Shown in pieces: positions 1 to 8,709 of a DNA stretch of 64,000 bases. The stretch's first letter is position 1. Each line of letters begins with the position of its first letter. The stretch is from an uncultured Bacillota bacterium (lineage in GTDB: Bacteria; Bacillota; Clostridia; Caldicoprobacterales; UBA3941), in NCBI GenBank assembly GCA_938003915.1, contig CALKWV010000061.1, positions 5,683 through 69,682 on the forward strand, given 5' to 3'. The notes below the pieces were generated by a model that was given only the letters and a program-made list of their open reading frames with translations, had not been told where the DNA came from and ran no database searches. Both the position numbers and the translations under genes were made by a program.

Positions 1-1811
1 AATTTTGTACTAACACATATTAATTTCCGATCGCTCCTACCTTGCCTTAGATCTTTTAATCTTTCTTTCATCCTTTCAATAATATCTAGCCTATGTCTGG
101 GGCACTGATTTGTAGTTAAGTATATAACCTCCCATCCTAACTCCTGTATCTGATAATCTTCAATTAGGTTATTATAAAGATTTGCAACCGCTGCTTTGGT
201 ATTTAAAACCACCAAAGCACTCATTTCATTCTTCAACTGGTGTTTTACATGGCTTATTATCTCATCTGTATCTAAAACCTCATCGAAATCTTCGCCCATA
301 AGATTATAATAATCCACTCGATGGAACACTTGACAATTTTTGATTGACTCTACCATAGATTTTTGTCCAGATTCGTCTCCATACAGACAAGGATATTTAA
401 GTGTATCTTTATTATCGAAGTTTGGTTGTGTCGCAGTACAATGTATTATATTGCAGTTCATGATATGTACTAAAAAGTTGGTCATTAGATTAAAATTATA
501 AATAGCTTTTATAGGCAAGCTTTGAATCTCGTCAATTATTATTATTGAATTGATCAATTTAGCAAAGCGTCTAATATTAGAAGATCTGTGTTTAAACATT
601 GTGTTCGATAGCTGAACTATGGTTGTCAAAATAACAGGGGATTCCCAACTTTCTTTTAAATAAGCATGAATTTCATACTCTCTTTTATCTTCATTATTTT
701 CATCTCCCTCAAAATCCTCAATCACGTTACTGTGATGCTCCAATACATAATCATCGCCTAATACATTTTTAATAGATGAAGCATTTTGTTCAAGAACAGA
801 TAAGAAAGCTGTACAATAAATAATTCTCATTTTATTGTACTTTTTTGCATTAGCTACTGAATATCTAAGAGCTGCATAAGTCTTCCCAGATCCAACAGGC
901 ATGCTAAGCTTATATACTCCCTTATTATGTCTTAAAGAAAACTCATATATTTGATTTGCAAGATCTGTTCTTACAATATCCAATTCTGATTTGTTAGGTT
1001 TGTTATTAAATCCACGATATAGTTCTTCAACAGCACTCTCCATGTGGCACCATATAGTACTCAGTTCTTCTCTTGAATAGACCTTATCTTTTTCATCTCT
1101 ATAATAATTTGATGAATCATAAATATCCGCCTCTTTTAAGATAGAAAGCAATAGTCTAACTAAAGCGCCATAATAAAAGTGTAAAGCCCTTCTTCTGTAT
1201 CTTTTGCTTTCTCTACTTTTATTATCTGCTATATCAAAAGCCATCTTCTTTAACTTCCCATAGATTCTTATAAACTCTATAAATCCTTTATAATACACAT
1301 GATATAGAGAGTTGCCATTTTTACGTTCAAATTCTTTGTTTATAAAATCAAAAAAATGAAAAGCATTTTTGTCAAGATCATAATCTAACCTGATTCCTGT
1401 ACGATAATCAAAATTATTATCAATAATGTCATATAATCCATGATGAGCTAATATAGGGTATTGTAGTATCTCTTTATAAAGATTCCATACACTAATTTTT
1501 ACTTTTTCAGCCTTCAACATGATGTCTATATTATACTTTAGCCATACTTCTCCTTGAATAAAATCTAAAATTTTTGCTCCAGCAGAAGAATGATCTACTC
1601 TGCCTTTATATTGATCTCTTATATAAAGCTGAAATTCTTTGCTGCCTTTGCCAAAATCATGAAGTACTCCTATAAGTTGACACATGTTTTCCAAATCTAT
1701 AAGTTCTCCAATACTTTTAGCAATCTTAGACACTTGAAGTAAATGATCTATCAATAATTGCCCTTCGGTTTCACTATCATAGTGAGCTACAAGACTATTA
1801 TAGTCGATCAA
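1..1811 (-). CDS. cas3: CRISPR-associated Cas3 (N-terminal HD nuclease fused to SF2 helicase); 5' end complete, C-terminus lies beyond window start
   Basis: Not in the ORF track because the frame never closes inside the window. Minus-strand translation from TTG 1811 reads LIDYNSLVAHYDSETEGQLLIDHLLQVSK..GVLHDFGKGSKEFQ..VDHSSAGAKIL..ILAHHGLYD (HD motifs). It continues ..LSMPVGSGKTYAALRYS (Walker A; ATG at 902 is in frame with 1811), ..SIIIIDEIQSLP (DExQ) and ..IHCTATQPNF (motif III). I saw no in-frame stop down to position 1. An in-frame TAA lies 8 codons upstream of the TTG, and the RBS AAGGAAGGGGA sits 6-8 nt upstream. Confidence 0.85.
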   Translation of the reverse strand, partial: MIDYNSLVAHYDSETEGQLLIDHLLQVSKIAKSIGELIDLENMCQLIGVLHDFGKGSKEFQLYIRDQYKGRVDHSSAGAKILDFIQGEVWLKYNIDIMLKAEKVKISVWNLYKEILQYPILAHHGLYDIIDNNFDYRTGIRLDYDLDKNAFHFFDFINKEFERKNGNSLYHVYYKGFIEFIRIYGKLKKMAFDIADNKSRESKRYRRRALHFYYGALVRLLLSILKEADIYDSSNYYRDEKDKVYSREELSTIWCHMESAVEELYRGFNNKPNKSELDIVRTDLANQIYEFSLRHNKGVYKLSMPVGSGKTYAALRYSVANAKKYNKMRIIYCTAFLSVLEQNASSIKNVLGDDYVLEHHSNVIEDFEGDENNEDKREYEIHAYLKESWESPVILTTIVQLSNTMFKHRSSNIRRFAKLINSIIIIDEIQSLPIKAIYNFNLMTNFLVHIMNCNIIHCTATQPNFDNKDTLKYPCLYGDESGQKSMVESIKNCQVFHRVDYYNLMGEDFDEVLDTDEIISHVKHQLKNEMSALVVLNTKAAVANLYNNLIEDYQIQELGWEVIYLTTNQCPRHRLDIIERMKERLKDLRQGRSDRKLICVSTK

Positions 1812-1870
1812 AATACTTCCCCTTCCTTTATTTTATTCTATATATTTTAAAAGGTATTACGTTTAATTAA

Positions 1871-1899
1871 ATAATATTATGCCTCCTAATATTTGTCAA
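1871..1899 (-). promoter_or_regulatory. sigma-A-type promoter for cas3 (TTGACA - 17 nt - TATTAT)
   Basis: The minus strand reads TTGACAaatattaggaggcataaTATTAT. The -35 is at 1894-1899 and the -10 at 1871-1876, about 60 nt upstream of the cas3 start. Confidence 0.5.
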
Positions 1900-1946
1900 G
1901 GGAAAAATCTTTTTTATTTAAATTTTTTGTGCTATTATATTTATGT

Positions 1947-1964
1947 CACTACATAGCTGTAGTG
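1947..1964. promoter_or_regulatory. Inverted repeat CACTACA-N4-TGTAGTG, candidate operator upstream of the cas3 promoter
   Basis: Perfect 7-bp arms with a 4-bp spacer (cactacaTAGCtgtagtg). It lies about 48 bp upstream of the cas3 -35, between the WYL-gene terminator and the promoter. Confidence 0.35.
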
Positions 1965-1995
1965 TGGATTGAAGTTATATTTTTTAGAAGGTAAA

Positions 1996-2020
1996 AACCA
2001 TTGGGATTTTCTCAATGGTT
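1996..2020 (-). terminator. Putative intrinsic terminator of the WYL regulator gene (overlaps its stop codon)
   Basis: Minus-strand RNA reads aaccauug-agaaaaucc-caaugguu followed by UUUU. The stem is 8 bp. Confidence 0.45.
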
Positions 2021-3007
2021 TCTTACTTTATCCTCATTGTATTCTTTCTCATAATTATCTCTCATAGCTTCTATCTCATTTTTTACTCTATCTACTAACT
2101 CCTTAGGTTTTAATACCCTTGCTAAATGTCCATAAGCTAATATCCATCTCGTTATATCTACTAGTCCATTAACTCTGGCTTTAAATATGATGGAATCATC
2201 CTCTAGCCACACAATTTTTTGAGTAGGTAGCCAATATTTTTCTGATATCCAAACAGATGCTGGATGAAAAAATCGTATCTCAACAATATACTCTTTACCA
2301 GTGTTAATTAAATCTAATGTATTACGCATATAAGAGCTTATAGAAAAATCCTTCCTAACATGGAATTTTTCATCTAATGTCTTAATTTCCTTAATTCTAG
2401 CTAATTTAAACATTCTTATTTCTCCCCGCAAATGACAGTGCCCTATTACATACCATGAAGAATTACGATATATTAGATTGTATGGATCTATTTTGCGAAC
2501 TGTTAGCTGTTTTCTGGTAGGATTTGAATACGTGATTGAAAGGCTTTTGTTTGCAAAAATGGCTTTCCTAATAATTGAAAGGTATCTTTTTATTTTATCT
2601 GATATGTCTGTATTGCCTCTAGTAAAAACATTTTCACTTTCAAAGACTAAATCGGAGTTACCAATTATCTCTCCCTGAGCTGATTTTATTTTGGCAAAAG
2701 CTGTTTTGATCTCTTTTTCGTGATGAAAACCGTTTTCTTTAGTCAGTATTTCCTCAGCTAATAAAAGAGCATTATATTCACTTTCACTTAACTTAGGTGG
2801 TTTAAATTCGTATACCTCGCTAAGGAAATAACCACCATTCCGCCCTGTCATCCCTTCTATGGGCACACCAGACATTCTCAAAGCTTCTATATAAGCCTTT
2901 ATGTTCCGGGGTGTTGTTTCTAAAATTTCTGCTAACTCAGTTGCATTTAGAATATAATTTGTTTGTAGCAAAGAAACGATTTGAAACATCATCGAAATCT
3001 TGCTCAT
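2012..3007 (-). CDS. WYL-domain transcriptional regulator (N-terminal wHTH, central WYL, C-terminal extension)
   Basis: 331-aa ORF. HTH-like N-terminus: ATELAEILETTPRNIKAYIEALRMSGVPIE. WYL-domain signature: KIDPYNLIYRNSSWYVIGHCHLRGEIRMFKLARIKEI. RBS AGGAGGA lies 7 nt upstream of the ATG. Confidence 0.8.
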   Translation of the reverse strand: MSKISMMFQIVSLLQTNYILNATELAEILETTPRNIKAYIEALRMSGVPIEGMTGRNGGYFLSEVYEFKPPKLSESEYNALLLAEEILTKENGFHHEKEIKTAFAKIKSAQGEIIGNSDLVFESENVFTRGNTDISDKIKRYLSIIRKAIFANKSLSITYSNPTRKQLTVRKIDPYNLIYRNSSWYVIGHCHLRGEIRMFKLARIKEIKTLDEKFHVRKDFSISSYMRNTLDLINTGKEYIVEIRFFHPASVWISEKYWLPTQKIVWLEDDSIIFKARVNGLVDITRWILAYGHLARVLKPKELVDRVKNEIEAMRDNYEKEYNEDKVRNH

Positions 3008-3220
3008 TGTAATATCCTCCTACTGGTAATTTTAACATACTAATTAGACATTATATGTGTATCATTAATTTTTATTGAAATAAACTAGTTTTTATATTTT
3101 CTTCTATCCCCCTTATCCCTTTCCCTTCTATATTTACAAATTTTTCGCATTATTCTTTGTTATTTTTAATTACAGATGTGTATATATCCATACACAGGGA
3201 TCTATACATTTTTTTACAAT

Positions 3221-3264
3221 AAAAAAGCAGACTGCAAAAATGCTATTCAAATGCAGTCTGCCTG
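3221..3264 (-). terminator. Intrinsic terminator downstream of the stand-alone ilvB
   Basis: Minus-strand RNA has gcagacugca..ugcagucugc (10-bp stem) followed by UUUUUU. Confidence 0.7.
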
Positions 3265-3283
3265 TTTACTTATTTACTAGTAT

Positions 3284-4954
3284 TTAATCAATCAGCTCAT
3301 CAATCCCCGCTCCAGGAGGTACTATAGGATATACTTTGTCATCAGGATGAATAACGCACTCTATTAGCACTGGCTCCTTTAATTCTAGAGCTTGGCTCAG
3401 CACGCTTTCTACCTGGTCATTATGATCTAACTTAAAGGCTTTTATTCCATAGGCTTCAGCTAGCTTAATAAAATCTACACCCTGTCCCAGCTGGCTATGG
3501 GAATATCTCTTGTTATAGAAAAGGTCCTGCCACTGCCTTACCATTCCCAGGGAGCTATTGTTTAAAACCAGCTGGATAATTGGTATCTGGTATCTAGACA
3601 CTGTAGCCAGTTCAGTAGAATTCATCCTAAAGCTGCCGTCACCAGCTACATTAATAACCTTCTTATCCGGCCTGCCAAGGGCTGCGCCTATGGAAGCTCC
3701 CAGTCCATATCCCATAGTGCCTAGTCCCCCTGAAGATATGAAGGTCCTTGGCTGGGAAAACTTGTAGAACTGGGCAGCCCACATCTGGTTCTGCCCTACT
3801 TCTGTAGTCAATATTGCCTGCCCCTCTGTCAATTCATAGAGCTTCTCGATAATATATTGAGGGCTTAAGTTGCCATTGCACTTATACTTAAGAGGATAGG
3901 CCTTTTTCCACTCTTCAATCTGTTTATTCCAGCTGCTTTCCTGCTTTTCCTGCACATGTCTATTGAAGATATCCAATATCTGCCCAACATCGCCACATAC
4001 TTGTATATGGGTCATTACATTTTTACCTAGCTCTGCTGGATCTATGTCCACATGTATAATCTTAGCCTTGGGTGCAAACTTTTCTACATTGCTAACCACC
4101 CTATCGCTAAATCTGGCTCCCATGGCAATAATAAGATCGCAGTTGGAAAAAGCATAATTTGAATACCTGGTACCATGCATGCCTACCATACCCATGTAAT
4201 AGGGATGGTCTCCCGGAAAAGCTCCCATTCCCATTAGCGAACAGCTTACAGGAGCCTTTATTTTCTCAGCAAATTCTACCAACTTGTCATTGGCGCCAGC
4301 TATATTTACGCCTCCACCTGCATATATTACTGGCCTTTGACTGTCATTTATAGCATCAATAGCCTTCTTAATATTATCAAAATCCACCTGCTCTAATTGA
4401 TTTGAGCTATTGCTTTCCTTTGTCTCTATTTTTTTAGGAGTATAATCGATAATTGTTGTTTGAATATCCTTAGGAATATCCACCAATACCGGTCCTGGTC
4501 TTCCCGATCTGGCTATACTGAAAGCCTGCCTAATAATATGAGGTAGTTGCTCTGCATCCTTGACTATATAGTTGTGCTTAGTTATAGGGTTTGTTATCCC
4601 GGTAATATCTACCTCCTGAAAGGAATCTTTTCCTATCAATGAATTGGCTACTTGTCCTGTAAATACTACTATTGGCACAGAATCCATATAGGCAGTGGCA
4701 ATTCCTGTTACGGTATTAGTAGCACCGGGCCCTGAGGTAACTATTACTACCCCTACCTTGCCTGTCGCCCTAGCGTATCCATCTGCGGCGTGGGTTGCGC
4801 CTTGTTCGTGGGCAGTTAAAATATGTCTAATATCATCAGCATCGTATAGAGCATCATAAATTGACAGCACCGCTCCTCCCGGATAACCGAAAATAGTGTC
4901 TACACCCTGTTCTCTCAAACATTCTACTAAAACTTGCGCGCCTGTTAATTTCAT
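3284..4954 (-). CDS. ilvB: Acetolactate synthase (AHAS) large catalytic subunit, stand-alone paralog with no adjacent small subunit
   Basis: 556 aa. ThDP-enzyme pattern: FGYPGGAVLSIYDAL, TSGPGATN, GGLGTMGYGLGASIGA, GDGSFRMN. Collinear with the second ilvB at 26336-27997. T-box leader immediately upstream. Confidence 0.85.
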   Translation of the reverse strand: MKLTGAQVLVECLREQGVDTIFGYPGGAVLSIYDALYDADDIRHILTAHEQGATHAADGYARATGKVGVVIVTSGPGATNTVTGIATAYMDSVPIVVFTGQVANSLIGKDSFQEVDITGITNPITKHNYIVKDAEQLPHIIRQAFSIARSGRPGPVLVDIPKDIQTTIIDYTPKKIETKESNSSNQLEQVDFDNIKKAIDAINDSQRPVIYAGGGVNIAGANDKLVEFAEKIKAPVSCSLMGMGAFPGDHPYYMGMVGMHGTRYSNYAFSNCDLIIAMGARFSDRVVSNVEKFAPKAKIIHVDIDPAELGKNVMTHIQVCGDVGQILDIFNRHVQEKQESSWNKQIEEWKKAYPLKYKCNGNLSPQYIIEKLYELTEGQAILTTEVGQNQMWAAQFYKFSQPRTFISSGGLGTMGYGLGASIGAALGRPDKKVINVAGDGSFRMNSTELATVSRYQIPIIQLVLNNSSLGMVRQWQDLFYNKRYSHSQLGQGVDFIKLAEAYGIKAFKLDHNDQVESVLSQALELKEPVLIECVIHPDDKVYPIVPPGAGIDELID

Positions 4955-5004
4955 TTCCTTGCCTCCTCTAAATATTTATTCAATTTTAATAAGCATAAAA
5001 ATAT

Positions 5005-5282
5005 AAAAAAACCTTTCATCCATCCCTGGGACGAAAGGTTATATTTCGTGGTACCACCCATTTTCACCATTGCTTTGCAGCAATGGCCTCAGTAAGGTAC
5101 GGCCATTTATTTGGCTTATACCTCTAGGCTGTAACGGGCCTTTCCGTTCAACCCTACTGGCTGCAAAGCTTTCAGGCTGACAGCTCTGGGATGATCTTCA
5201 GAATAACCATTAGGTATCGGCTTCCACCAAGCTCCGACTCTCTGTAACCTAAATTAGTTATTCCTACTCTTCCCTTCATAGC
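5005..5282 (-). promoter_or_regulatory. T-box leader (tRNA-sensing transcription attenuator) of the stand-alone ilvB; inferred specifier AUC (Ile)
   Basis: On the minus strand: K-turn-like CUAUGAA, Stem I with AGAGUA S-turn, AGAGAG bay and GGUGGAA distal loop. T-box sequence GGGUGGUACCACG lies at 5047-5059. The terminator aaccuuucg..cgaaagguu (5011-5040) is followed by U7. The 3' strand of the specifier loop is UGAAG-AUC-A (AUC at 5193-5195). Confidence 0.85.
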
Positions 5283-5407
5283 TTTCTTATGTATATTTAT
5301 TCATAATATAATTATTAGATATTGTATTATAAATATTAAGAAAAGGCAAGGATATTTTATCGTCTATTTTTTAACATATTATTCGCCCTTAAATTGACTA
5401 ATAATTA

Positions 5408-5452
5408 TTAATAAAAATAAGGGATAAGTGTTTATACTACACTTATCCCTTA
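5408..5452 (-). terminator. Intrinsic terminator downstream of pepV
   Basis: 12-bp stem aagggauaagug/cacuuaucccuu followed by a U-rich tract on the minus strand. Confidence 0.6.
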
Positions 5453-5489
5453 TTAATTATAATAAAATATCTATTAGTATTTTTCAAAT

Positions 5490-6800
5490 CTACTTTACCA
5501 ACTCTGCAATGGCATGGGCATATATCTTTGCATTTAGAATTAGATCATCTATCTCTATATATTCATCCTTCTGATGGGCCAGCTCAGGTTTTCCGGGAAA
5601 TACTGCACCAAAGGCAACCCCTGTCTTTAAAGCCCTGGCATAGGTGCCGCCTCCAATGGCCATAGGTTCTAGATCCTGCCCGGTCTGCTCCTTGTATACC
5701 CTGCTTAATGTTTTTACTAGGAAATGATCTTTTGGAACATATAGAGGATCCTGGCCGTGAAGGACTTTTGCTTCTATTCCAGTATTGTTAAGTCTTTGCT
5801 CAATTACATCCATAATTTCTTCTTGGCTATATTTTACGGGGAAGCGAATATCTATTATGGCTCTTCCCCTATTTCTATCAATATCAATAACCCCAAGATT
5901 CAAGGTTAGATTGCCTGAAACATCATCTGATAAATTAATTCCTAATCCCTCTCCTGTAGTATCAAAGCCAATTAGCCGGTTTAGATCTTTTACAAAATTA
6001 TCAATATCATTATCTCCTAACCCTCTACTATTAAGTAAATCCAACATTTTGGCTATAGCATTTTGTCCCTTTTCAGGCATGCTGGCATGGGCAGATACTC
6101 CTTCTACATTTAAAGGCTCCTCTTTATCTTTTAGATAGCAGATGCAGCTATCAGGAACCATATTGGCTCTGGAGCCTCCTTTTATGCTTACAATTGGGGA
6201 CTTGTCTGCACTTTCACTATTAAATTCCTTATATAACTCTATATGAACAATTCCCTTTTCTGCATGAATTACAGGGTAATTGGCATCAGGGGTTATACCA
6301 AAATCAGGCATGGGTTGGTTTTTGAAATAATAGTCCATATCCTCCCAGCCACTTTCTTCGTCAGTGCCCAAAATAAGGCGGACTTTTTTATTAACCGGCA
6401 CTCCTGCCTCCATTACTGCCTTCATGGCAAATAAGGCTGCCATGGCTGGACCCTTGTCGTCAATTGCTCCCCTACCATATATCTTGTTATCATGGATCTC
6501 ACCACCGAAGGGAGGATAGGTCCATCCATCTCCCGCTGGAACTACGTCCAGATGGGCTAATATACCCAGGGTCTCATTACCTTGCCCAAACTCAATAAAG
6601 CCTGCATAGCCATCTACATTGCCTACTAAAAAACCCAGCTTCTCACCTATTTTAAGTGCATGTTCTAAAGCTCTGTTGATTTCTTCCCCAAATGGCATGC
6701 CTTGTTTGGCTTCTCCCTTTACACTGGGAATTGCTATTAGCTCTTGAGTAGATTTTATTAGTTTGTCCTTATATATATCTATAATCTTATCTAATGCCAT
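5490..6800 (-). CDS. pepV: M20-family dipeptidase (PepV-type)
   Basis: 436 aa. Motifs HLDVVPAGDGW, GRGAIDDKGP and GTDEESG, with an overall PepV-like N-terminus. Confidence 0.8.
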   Translation of the reverse strand: MALDKIIDIYKDKLIKSTQELIAIPSVKGEAKQGMPFGEEINRALEHALKIGEKLGFLVGNVDGYAGFIEFGQGNETLGILAHLDVVPAGDGWTYPPFGGEIHDNKIYGRGAIDDKGPAMAALFAMKAVMEAGVPVNKKVRLILGTDEESGWEDMDYYFKNQPMPDFGITPDANYPVIHAEKGIVHIELYKEFNSESADKSPIVSIKGGSRANMVPDSCICYLKDKEEPLNVEGVSAHASMPEKGQNAIAKMLDLLNSRGLGDNDIDNFVKDLNRLIGFDTTGEGLGINLSDDVSGNLTLNLGVIDIDRNRGRAIIDIRFPVKYSQEEIMDVIEQRLNNTGIEAKVLHGQDPLYVPKDHFLVKTLSRVYKEQTGQDLEPMAIGGGTYARALKTGVAFGAVFPGKPELAHQKDEYIEIDDLILNAKIYAHAIAELVK

Positions 6801-6816
6801 CTATTTTTCCCCCTAT

Positions 6817-7671
6817 TTAATACAGATTTCCTAAATCGAATCCTTTTCCTTCCACCTCTTTGGTGTCTATAATGGATAAAAATGCATTTTCATCAATAGC
6901 CCGTACTATGTCCTTAACTCTTGATAGTTCCATAATACGCACTACTATGTATATTAATTTTTTTCGAGTGTTGGTATAGGCACCTTCACCTTCCAAAAAA
7001 GTTACTCCTCTGCCTACCTTCTCCATAAGTTCCTTGGCTATTTCTTGGGAATGGTCAGATATTATAATAATGGTTTTCTTATGATTAAAACCTTCCTGAA
7101 GAGCGTCTATGGCCTTGCTGCTTACAAATATGGCGATCATGGTGTACATAGCCAGCTCTATATCAAACATGAAAATGGCCATGGCTAATATTAAAAAATT
7201 AAAAAGATTAGTCACTACTCCTATGCTTACGGAAAAATATTTATTTATAATAACAGCAATTATATCAGTACCTCCCAGGGAACCTCGATTTTTAATAATT
7301 ATTCCTGAGCCAACACCTAATAAAAGACCGCCATATATGGCCGCTACCATAGGGCTTTCAATGGACAAAGTCCAGTTCTTTGTTAAGCTTAAAAAAAATG
7401 ATAAGCTAAGTATTCCTACTATGCTTAAGTATACAAAGCGCTTGCTTATCATCTTATATCCAGCTATAAACAAAGGAATGTTTAGTAATACTACAGTTAT
7501 GGAAATAGGTAATTTTAGAAAATACTCCATTATCATAGCAATTCCTGTCAAGCCCCCTGTAAGAAGATTGTGGGGAATAAGCAGGGCATTTATGCCATAG
7601 GCATGAATAAAACTGCCTATAAGTATGTATATCACCCTTTTTACCAAGTCCAAACCAGTATTTTTGGGCAT
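6817..7671 (-). CDS. YitT-family integral membrane protein with C-terminal DUF2179-like domain
   Basis: 284 aa. Multiple hydrophobic segments followed by a soluble C-terminal domain (IIIISDHSQEIAKELMEKVGRGVTFLEGEGAY..). Confidence 0.7.
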   Translation of the reverse strand: MPKNTGLDLVKRVIYILIGSFIHAYGINALLIPHNLLTGGLTGIAMIMEYFLKLPISITVVLLNIPLFIAGYKMISKRFVYLSIVGILSLSFFLSLTKNWTLSIESPMVAAIYGGLLLGVGSGIIIKNRGSLGGTDIIAVIINKYFSVSIGVVTNLFNFLILAMAIFMFDIELAMYTMIAIFVSSKAIDALQEGFNHKKTIIIISDHSQEIAKELMEKVGRGVTFLEGEGAYTNTRKKLIYIVVRIMELSRVKDIVRAIDENAFLSIIDTKEVEGKGFDLGNLY

Positions 7672-7850
7672 AAGCTTGTCCGCCTCCTCCGTCTACCTGT
7701 AAAAACAAATCTGCTTATATTTTCCCTTCCTTGGCCAAATAATAATCACTAATATTGTATTATATCACAGCTTTGCTCTTTTAAAAACTAATATAAAGGT
7801 ATATAATATTATGGGATAAAAATCTATATTTTTACTTAGGAGGCGTTTTA

Positions 7851-8576
7851 ATGAAAATTATAATAGCAAAAAATAAGGAGGAATTTGATAGGATAGCCGC
7901 TGATATCGTTAGCCAGCAACTCAAGGACAAACCTGATAGTGTATTGGGATTGGCAACAGGTAGCACTCCTTTAGGCCTCTACGCTCAACTGGTTGAAAGG
8001 TATAAAAAAGGTGAAATAGATTTTTCCAAAGTAAAAACCTTTAACCTGGATGAATATAAGGGATTAGCCAAGACTCATCCTCAAAGCTACTACTTCTTTA
8101 TGTTTAAACATCTCTTTAGCAAAGTAAATATTGATCCTGAAAATATTCACATTCCCAATGGGGAAGTAGAAGATAGTGCTAAAGAATCTGAAGAATACGA
8201 GAAAAAGATAAAGGCAGCTGGCGGTATCGACTTACAAATCCTAGGTATTGGACATAATGGTCATATTGGCTTCAACGAGCCTGGCACTCCCTTTGAGTCC
8301 ACTACAAGTTTAATAGACCTTGATCAAAGGACCATAGAGGCCAACTCAAGATTCTTTGATTCTATTGATGAGGTTCCTCGTCAAGCCATATCCATGGGTA
8401 TAAAAACCATTATGCAGGCAAGAAAGATTGTACTTATGATCTCTGGTAAGGATAAAGCAGAAATAGCCGCAAAAGCTATCAAGGGACCTGTTACTACACA
8501 AGTTCCGGCTTCGGTACTACAGCTACATCCCTTTGCAACCGTATTGTTGGATCAAGAAGCGGCCTCCCTATTATAG
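7851..8576 (+). CDS. nagB: Glucosamine-6-phosphate deaminase
   Basis: 241 aa. GLATGSTP and LGIGHNGHIGFNEPG signatures. RBS AGGAGG upstream. Confidence 0.9.
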   Translation: MKIIIAKNKEEFDRIAADIVSQQLKDKPDSVLGLATGSTPLGLYAQLVERYKKGEIDFSKVKTFNLDEYKGLAKTHPQSYYFFMFKHLFSKVNIDPENIHIPNGEVEDSAKESEEYEKKIKAAGGIDLQILGIGHNGHIGFNEPGTPFESTTSLIDLDQRTIEANSRFFDSIDEVPRQAISMGIKTIMQARKIVLMISGKDKAEIAAKAIKGPVTTQVPASVLQLHPFATVLLDQEAASLL

Positions 8577-8625
8577 TCGCCTGTTTTTCTAGAAAAAAAT
8601 TTTATATACTTAGCTATATATGTAA

Positions 8626-8664
8626 AGGTAGAGAATGAAAAGATTTTCATACTCTACCTTTTTT
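8626..8664 (+). terminator. Intrinsic terminator downstream of nagB
   Basis: aggtagagAatgaaaa-ga-ttttcatActctacct (15 bp with one A/A mismatch) followed by TTTTTT. Confidence 0.65.
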
Positions 8665-8709
8665 ATCTAATAAAGGAGCCTGATTTGTAATCCTGTTTAT
8701 ATTGATATG

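Noticed and set aside
3095-3135. Possible G-quadruplex in the purine tract upstream of the WYL gene
   Set aside because: Only three G-runs of three or more (GGG, GGG, GGGGG) are present, which is not enough for a canonical four-tract quadruplex.
1812-3283. Search for a CRISPR array or leader flanking cas3 and the WYL gene
   Set aside because: No direct repeats of 24-40 bp with regular spacing are visible in either intergenic region. Any array must lie outside the window.
5193-5198. Alternative specifier reading GAU (Asp) for the first T-box
   Set aside because: The conserved purine that follows the specifier codon and abuts the base stem is the A after AUC. The paralogous leader aligns as GUAUG-CUC-A in the same register, and Asp makes no sense for an AHAS gene. 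A covariance-model alignment is still needed to confirm this.
7109-7600. 163-aa plus-strand ORF. Similar long antisense ORFs lie at 19003-19470, 26018-26446, 29018-29416, 41088-41507, 41983-42318, 43182-43523, 60856-61230 and 61181-61516.
   Set aside because: All lie entirely inside, and antisense to, genes with strong family signatures. They have no RBS and their composition is typical of shadow ORFs.
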